DNA from: Candidatus Buchananbacteria bacterium
GTDB taxonomy: Bacteria > Patescibacteriota > Patescibacteriia > 2-01-FULL-39-33
Reading direction: 5' to 3'
DNA: 64,000 bases
Assembly (NCBI GenBank): GCA_041666945.1
Contig: JBAYFY010000003.1
Coordinates: 7,392 to 71,391 of the forward strand
Below the pieces are notes generated by a model. The model was not told where the DNA came from, did no database searches, and saw nothing but the letters and a program-made list of their open reading frames with translations. The translations under genes were made by a program, and so were the position numbers. Of this stretch, positions 58,721 to 64,000 are shown piece by piece. The stretch's first letter is position 1, and each line of letters starts with the position of its first letter.

Positions 58721-59929
58721 ATGAACGAACTGCTTGAGAGCAAGCAGTATTTTAATTTGCCCAAAACGGGCGAACTGGTTACGGGCAAAATTATTGCCAT
58801 TGACAACAACGCTATCCACATTGATTTGGGCGGAGTGGCCACCGGCGTAGTCCGCGGCCGCGAACGCTATGCCGACGCTGAACAATATAAAAATTTGGCA
58901 ATCGGCGACACCATTGAAGCGACGGTTTTGGAATTGGAAAATGAAAACGGCGAAGTGGAATTGTCTTTCCAATATGCCGGCAAACAAAAGGCCTGGCAGA
59001 CCCTTAAGGACTATGTCAAATCCGGGGAAATCATTTCCGCCACCATCACCGAGGCCAATAAAGGCGGCTTGCTCGCCAAAGTTGATACGGTGTCCGGTTT
59101 CTTGCCCGTTTCCCAATTAGCGCCGGAGCATTACCCGCGCATTCCGGGCGGCGATAAAAACCGCATTTATGAAATCCTCAAGAGCTACGTCGGCAAGAAG
59201 TTTGATATCAAGGTCATTGACGCCAATGAAGACGAGGATAAATTGATTATTTCCGAAAAAGCCGCTTGGGAAGAAACCCAACGCGATGTGATAAACAAAT
59301 ACAAAGTCGGCATGATTGTGGAAGGCGCGGTTACCGCCGTCACTGATTTTGGCGTTTTCGTGGAATTTGACGACAAACTGGAAGGGCTTATCCATATTTC
59401 AGAAATTGCCTGGCAAAGAATTGATAACCCGCATAATTTCGTCAAAGTCGGCCAGAAGGTCAAAGCGGAAATCATCTCCATTGAAAACTCCAAGATTTTC
59501 CTGTCCATGAAAAAACTGGAGCATGATCCGTGGGTCGGCATTGAGAAAAGATTTGAAGTGGGCCAGAAGGTTACCGGCACTATCATCAAAGTCAATCCAT
59601 TCGGTTTGTTCGTGGAACTGGGAGAGAATATCCAGGGTTTGGCTCATGTTTCCCAATTGTCCGACAAACCGGTCAAAGATCCGTCAGAAATCGCCAAGGA
59701 GGGCGAGAAAAAAGATTTCTACGTGGTCTCGCTGGATTCCAAGAACCACCGTTTGGGTTTATCTTTAGTCAAGCCGGGCAAGGCGGAAAAAACGGAAAAA
59801 GCCGCAACGGAAAAAACAGCGGAAACAGCGGTTGAAGTCAAGACCGAAGAACTGGTTAAGGCCGAGGAGAAAAAAGAAACCAAAAAACGCGGCCGACCCA
59901 AGAAAACTGAAGTGAAAAAAGAAGAATAA
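58721..59929 (+). CDS. S1 RNA-binding domain protein (ribosomal protein bS1-like, four S1 repeats, Lys/Glu-rich tail). Start trimmed to MNELLES.
   Basis: AAAGGA RBS. Repeated GxxVxGxVxxIxxxGxFVxL S1 cores (GELVTGKIIAI; GEIISATITEA; GMIVEGAVTAVTDFGVFVEF; GQKVTGTIIKVNPFGLFVEL). Confidence 0.7.
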   Translation: MNELLESKQYFNLPKTGELVTGKIIAIDNNAIHIDLGGVATGVVRGRERYADAEQYKNLAIGDTIEATVLELENENGEVELSFQYAGKQKAWQTLKDYVKSGEIISATITEANKGGLLAKVDTVSGFLPVSQLAPEHYPRIPGGDKNRIYEILKSYVGKKFDIKVIDANEDEDKLIISEKAAWEETQRDVINKYKVGMIVEGAVTAVTDFGVFVEFDDKLEGLIHISEIAWQRIDNPHNFVKVGQKVKAEIISIENSKIFLSMKKLEHDPWVGIEKRFEVGQKVTGTIIKVNPFGLFVELGENIQGLAHVSQLSDKPVKDPSEIAKEGEKKDFYVVSLDSKNHRLGLSLVKPGKAEKTEKAATEKTAETAVEVKTEELVKAEEKKETKKRGRPKKTEVKKEE

Positions 59930-59940
59930 AATACAAAAAA

Positions 59941-59972
59941 GAAACGTCCCTCGCCGGGGCGTTTCTTTTTCT
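59941..59972 (+). terminator. Terminator after the S1 gene
   Basis: GAAACGTCCC-TCGCC-GGGGCGTTTC followed by TTTTTCT. Confidence 0.45.
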
Positions 59973-60104
59973 AATGAAAAATTCCCTTTATTCCTCCTTT
60001 AGTTAGGGCTTAAAAGTACCAATAATATTACCAGTGTCCTAAGCCATCTGAAAAAATATACCAATTTAAAAGCTGCCGAAAATCTTCGACAGCATTAATT
60101 CAAA

Positions 60105-61553
60105 TTATAGGCATTCTGCAGCGTCTCGAGCGATCTTTGACCGAACAGACATATCTAAGAAGGTATTGGCGAAATAAGGCCAATGGCCCATCTTGACTGT
60201 GACGTGAGTCAGTCCAGAGGAACGCTTATCGATCCAACGAATATCAATCTGATTGATGTCGCCGACCAAAACCATTTTTGTGTCTTCACCAATGCGGGTT
60301 ACGATCGTTTTCATCTCCGAACGCGTCAGGTTTTGTGCCTCATCAATGATAACAAAAGCGCCAGCTAAAGTTCTACCGCGGATAAAGGATAACGGCAAAA
60401 TCTCCATGCCATTAACTTTATCCCGATTGATCTTCTCAATCAATCGGCGATTGGCTTCACTCCGAGAAGCGATGTAATCGATGTTATCATAGAGTGGCGC
60501 CAACCAAGGAATTGATTTGGCTACAAGGTCACCCGGCAAGAAACCGGTGCTATCTTTGTTAGACAAATGGATAAACGGCCGCGCAATATAGACCTTGCGA
60601 TAACGTCCGCAAGGAGCATAACCGGCTTTAGCCAGTTGTTCGCCCAAACAACAATTGCCGGCAACAGGAACATTGGCTTTATCGGGCTCCGTCACCAATT
60701 GCTTAAGCGCTGCAGCAATGGACATAAGCGTCTTACCAGTACCAGCTTCTCCATGCAAGGTGATGAGCGAAATCTCCGGATCCATTAATTGTTGCAAGGC
60801 CACATACTGCGCCCAATTTATTTTATTATCCATGGGACGAGGCGAAATACCCAGCACCCCAATATCATTTCTGATGGGGACGAAAAAATTGCCTTTTCTA
60901 ATGGCGGCAAATACAACACTACCCTCACGATTAGAAATAATCGCTCCCGCGTTGATTGGCACCTTAGCAGCATCGCCTCCCCTAATGATAAACTTGCCAT
61001 CCGGTTGTTCCTCTAACTGATCAGAAAATATCTCGGGCAAACCGTGCTCGAAATCCACTAAATCAACCTGATCGGCCTTATATTCTTCAACATTAAGTCC
61101 TAATTTTAAGCCGACTACGTGAACCATAGCATCATTGCTAACCAAGAATAAAGGCACATCCTCATGGTCCCTCATAATATCCAAACAAGCGGCAATAATG
61201 TGGTGATCGGGATTGCGCGGATCCAAATCAGGATAATTCCTAATATCGCCTTGAGCGATATAGAAATTAGGATCCTTATCATGGACTTTTTTATTGATTG
61301 TTCGGACGACATCGCTGACCTGACGACTCAAATCTTGATTGCTTTTAAGCGAATCCAATTCGCTCAAAACAATCCAGGGAACCACAACACCATTAGTGCC
61401 ATTTCTTTGCAAATTATCAATGGTTTTTGAGTCATTGACTAAGACATTGGTGTCAACCACATAAATCTGTCGAGGTTGACCAAAAATTTCCTTCAATCCA
61501 TAACCAATGATCGAACGAGGACCTTGCTGGCTTTTCTCTACTTCTTGCCGCAT
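60105..61553 (-). CDS. PIN domain plus PhoH-like ATPase (PhoH2/YlaK type). Start trimmed to MRQEVEK.
   Basis: AAAAGGAG RBS. PIN acidic residues (YVVDTNVLVND ... VVPWIVLSELD). Walker A HGEAGTGKT. Walker B VIIDEAQN. Confidence 0.8.
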   Translation of the reverse strand: MRQEVEKSQQGPRSIIGYGLKEIFGQPRQIYVVDTNVLVNDSKTIDNLQRNGTNGVVVPWIVLSELDSLKSNQDLSRQVSDVVRTINKKVHDKDPNFYIAQGDIRNYPDLDPRNPDHHIIAACLDIMRDHEDVPLFLVSNDAMVHVVGLKLGLNVEEYKADQVDLVDFEHGLPEIFSDQLEEQPDGKFIIRGGDAAKVPINAGAIISNREGSVVFAAIRKGNFFVPIRNDIGVLGISPRPMDNKINWAQYVALQQLMDPEISLITLHGEAGTGKTLMSIAAALKQLVTEPDKANVPVAGNCCLGEQLAKAGYAPCGRYRKVYIARPFIHLSNKDSTGFLPGDLVAKSIPWLAPLYDNIDYIASRSEANRRLIEKINRDKVNGMEILPLSFIRGRTLAGAFVIIDEAQNLTRSEMKTIVTRIGEDTKMVLVGDINQIDIRWIDKRSSGLTHVTVKMGHWPYFANTFLDMSVRSKIARDAAECL

Positions 61554-61664
61554 GAGCAATCTCCTTTTGTTGTTGTTAAACAACTGTTCCTACTAAGTTT
61601 TGCTAAAATTTTAAGGTTCTATATTAATAAATCATCTTAGCAAAATACCAGCATTTGTCAAGGG

Positions 61665-61697
61665 GACAAAAAAGGAACCCTTTTGGGGGGTTCCTGG
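61665..61697 (-). terminator. Terminator after the Ig-domain lipoprotein gene
   Basis: GGAACCC-TTTTGG-GGGGTTCC hairpin preceded on the plus strand by an A-run (U-run on the transcript). Confidence 0.45.
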
Positions 61698-61712
61698 TCA
61701 ATATTTAAAGTG

Positions 61713-63143
61713 CTAAGGGTGTATCTGCGGATCAAGGGCATTGGACGCATAGAGATTGGGGATGGCGCCATAAGCCGTGAATTCCTCGGCATTCGTGTAG
61801 CCATCGCCGTCAGCATCGCCGTTAGGCGCAAAATACTCGGGAAAGGTCATATACGGGCCAATAAAGATAAGGTGGTCCGGATTATCTGGATCCGGCTGAT
61901 AAGCAAATCCCAACCGCGAATTGGGGATATTGTCGCCGAAAATGAAAGCCATGCCCAGAACCGTGCCAAGCGACCCGGTGCCAGAGATATACTTTTCCAC
62001 TGAATAATCCGCTTGCCCATCGCCTATCAGCATGTGGCCGGACAAAACTTCTTCCAAACCGGGAAAAATTAGCGGGGCTAACTGCCAATAGGCGCCAAAA
62101 TCAGCGGCAAACCGCTCTTTGTTATAATTCCAAGCATAATGCAGAAGCTTATGGTTTAAACCGTTAGGCAAACAGAATTCGGGATCTTCTAAAACTCTCT
62201 CCACTAACTTGAGTTCTACCGAACAATCAAGATAATCGTTGCCAGTAACATTATAAGTTACCAGATCGGTTCTTTTATCAAGTTGCAGGTTGCCATTGAC
62301 ATCTGCGGTACTTGGTTCAAAAAAATCAAGAATATTTCCGTAATCTCCTAAAATTACCCGCGGCGCTTCATAAACTTTCTGATAGCAAACGCAAAAATCA
62401 TTAAGCGGTTCCGGCAGGGGGTCACTGGGGTCGTCACCATCGTTAGCATTAAGGCAAGGGTCCTCTCCCTCTCCCTCTCCCTCTCCCTCTCCTTCACCTT
62501 CACCTTCGCCTTCGCCTTCGCCTTCTCCTTCTCCTTCTCCTTCTCCTTCTCCTTCACCAGAAGGAATGATATTTACGGTAACGGTTCGCGAAACAACTGG
62601 CTGATTGGTGATATTATTGATGATACAAAAATAATTTCCGGCATGATTAGCGTCGGCAACTAAAACTTCCAAATCGCTTAAAGTCGCCCAGGGCAATAAA
62701 GCGCCGTTTTGATACCACTGAAAACGCCAGGGCTGGGTGCCAAGCACTATGACTCTTAAAATAAACGTTTGTCCCGTTTCAATTTCAACATCCTGGGGTT
62801 CGGTCACTATAAACGGCGGCCGATTAACCTTCAGTGTGGCAATAACTGATGCTGTCTGGCCGTAAGGATTGCTTGCGACACAAACATAATTACCCTCGTC
62901 GGCAATCGTGGCCGAGAAAATAATGTGAATATTGGAGTTGGCATTAACGATGCTCTCTCCGTTTTTTTGCCACTGCCAATCCCAAGCGCCGACGGCATCG
63001 CAAATGAATTGCACTTCTGTCCCCGGATTAACGACACGAGACACCGGTTGAAGAGTAAACTCCGGCGGCTGCTGATCGCAACCTGCGGCTAAAACCAGTA
63101 AAACAACGCAAAAAATCGCCATTAATCGCCACTGTTTATCCAT
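61713..63143 (-). CDS. Lipoprotein with two immunoglobulin (I-set-like) domains, a (GE)22 linker and a C-terminal domain ending in a DADGDG Ca-binding-like motif. Start trimmed to MDKQWRL.
   Basis: AAGGAG RBS. Signal plus lipobox LVLAAGC. GTEVQFICDAVGAWDWQWQKNGESI ... DEGNYVCVASNPYGQ (Ig C-W-Y-C pattern) occurs twice. GEGEGE x22. Confidence 0.65.
   Translation of the reverse strand: MDKQWRLMAIFCVVLLVLAAGCDQQPPEFTLQPVSRVVNPGTEVQFICDAVGAWDWQWQKNGESIVNANSNIHIIFSATIADEGNYVCVASNPYGQTASVIATLKVNRPPFIVTEPQDVEIETGQTFILRVIVLGTQPWRFQWYQNGALLPWATLSDLEVLVADANHAGNYFCIINNITNQPVVSRTVTVNIIPSGEGEGEGEGEGEGEGEGEGEGEGEGEGEGEGEDPCLNANDGDDPSDPLPEPLNDFCVCYQKVYEAPRVILGDYGNILDFFEPSTADVNGNLQLDKRTDLVTYNVTGNDYLDCSVELKLVERVLEDPEFCLPNGLNHKLLHYAWNYNKERFAADFGAYWQLAPLIFPGLEEVLSGHMLIGDGQADYSVEKYISGTGSLGTVLGMAFIFGDNIPNSRLGFAYQPDPDNPDHLIFIGPYMTFPEYFAPNGDADGDGYTNAEEFTAYGAIPNLYASNALDPQIHP
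62458..62568 (-). repeat. Hexanucleotide (GGWGAR)n coding microsatellite specifying the (GE)22 linker
   Basis: Plus strand CTCTCC/CTTCAC/CTTCGC/CTTCTC repeats over about 110 bp. Confidence 0.8.
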
Positions 63144-63248
63144 GATTTTATCTCCTTGGTTGGTCTGGTTGATTTTTCGATGTAAGGAACATTGGGAAAA
63201 TACAATATATAACATTCTCACCGACAAGTCAAGATTAAAAAACCGGCC

Positions 63249-64000
63249 TTAATTCAGGTCGGCTTTATTGATTTGAATGTCCTCTTGCAGCCAATTTTTG
63301 GCGATTTCCCTGAAACGGCTGTTAGTGTCGGTAATAAAATATTCCTGGTGATTTTTTTGTTTTTGAGGATTATTTAACAGATATTGTTTGATAATTTTGA
63401 CGATTTCCTCGGCCGGGTCAACTAACCTGACCCTATGCCCCATCCTATCGGCGATGATTTTTTTCAATAGCGGATAATGGGTGCAGCCCAGGATCAAAGT
63501 GTCAATTTCTTGGCGCTTGAGAGGATAAAGATATTTGCGGGCTACGCTTTTCATTTCCGGCTTATTCAGCCAATCCTCTTCAACCAGCGGTACAAATAGA
63601 GGACAAGCCGCGCTCCTAACTTTCGCTTCCGGATTAAGATCTTTAATCGCTTTTTCATAAGCGCCGCTGCTAATGGTTCCTCTGGTGCCAATAACCCCGA
63701 TCTTGCCTTTAGTCAGCTTAACTGCTGACGCGACAGCCGGAGTAATCACTTCAAACACCGGCAAGTCATACTTTTGTTTAAGCAGATCGCCGGCAAAAGC
63801 CGAGGCCGTGTTGCAAGCTATTATAATAGCCGTAACTCCTCGCCCGACTAAAAAATCAACATCTTCGCAAGAATACTTCTGAATAATTTCTTGCGATCTG
63901 GAGCCATAAGGCATGCGGGCGTTATCACCCAAATAAATAAAAGAGCAGTCAGGCAACTGTTTTTTTATCTCTTTTACAACAGTCAAGCCGCCGACGCCCG
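63249..64000 (-). CDS. murI: Glutamate racemase, N-terminus cut by the window edge
   Basis: FIYLGDNARMPYGS ... AIIIACNTAS ... ILGCTHYPLL. The reverse translation at the window end (GVGGLTVVKEIKK) shows the gene continues beyond 64000. Confidence 0.75.
   Translation of the reverse strand, partial: GVGGLTVVKEIKKQLPDCSFIYLGDNARMPYGSRSQEIIQKYSCEDVDFLVGRGVTAIIIACNTASAFAGDLLKQKYDLPVFEVITPAVASAVKLTKGKIGVIGTRGTISSGAYEKAIKDLNPEAKVRSAACPLFVPLVEEDWLNKPEMKSVARKYLYPLKRQEIDTLILGCTHYPLLKKIIADRMGHRVRLVDPAEEIVKIIKQYLLNNPQKQKNHQEYFITDTNSRFREIAKNWLQEDIQINKADLN

Noticed and set aside
62354-62557. 67-aa ORF encoding (KE)n/(ER)n.
   Set aside because: It is an alternative frame of the (GE)22 microsatellite inside the Ig-lipoprotein gene. 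It has no independent signals.
63980-63986. ORF-track start (MTVVKE...) of murI at 63986.
   Set aside because: Upstream in-frame sequence to the window edge encodes GVGGLTV, the conserved MurI N-terminal motif. The gene is truncated by the window, not started here.

Overview
This 64-kb window is gene-dense and almost entirely minus-strand coded. GC content is moderate and GGAG-type ribosome-binding sites are common. The content fits a reduced-genome bacterium, most likely Patescibacteria/CPR-like. That lineage call is an inference from the gene set and the giant surface proteins; I ran no database search.

What I can support from the sequence:
- Housekeeping genes: partial ybeY at the left edge; rpsU; hisS; lepB; an LCP-family enzyme; leuS; uvrA; a four-subunit 2-oxoacid:ferredoxin oxidoreductase operon (porG, porD, porA, porB); a DsbA-like oxidoreductase; a split OatA-like pair (SGNH hydrolase plus AT3 acyltransferase); ileS; ferredoxin; a CheY-like receiver; argS; thrS; a histidine kinase; sufS and sufE; an S1-domain protein; a PIN-PhoH (PhoH2) protein; partial murI at the right edge.
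- A four-gene cell-surface locus at 307..18258. Two giant, extremely Cys-rich secreted proteins (4196 aa and 1105 aa) share an N-terminal signal peptide plus two-helix pilin-like (VirB2/TrbC-like) module. They are followed by two paralogous single-pass membrane proteins with thrombospondin-type-3-like Asp-rich calcium-binding repeats.
- Two class-I aminoacyl-tRNA synthetases with whole catalytic domains inserted: LeuRS carries a perfect NUDIX box, and IleRS carries a histidine-phosphatase (RHG...SH) domain.
- A T-box-like leader upstream of ileS.
- A pair of divergent paralogs of an unrecognised protein family, with a conserved C-terminal ...FAPxC.
- A three-gene operon (lipoprotein, an 84-aa Cys/His protein, and a tandem-repeat plus cold-shock-like-domain protein) driven by a perfect consensus sigma70 promoter.
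- An Ig (I-set-like) lipoprotein with a (GE)22 linker encoded by a hexanucleotide microsatellite.
- A 600-bp hairpin- and tandem-repeat-rich convergent intergenic region that shares a near-identical 30-mer with the ileS coding sequence.
- A frameshifted GNAT gene.

Start codons were re-evaluated where the ORF track over-extends.
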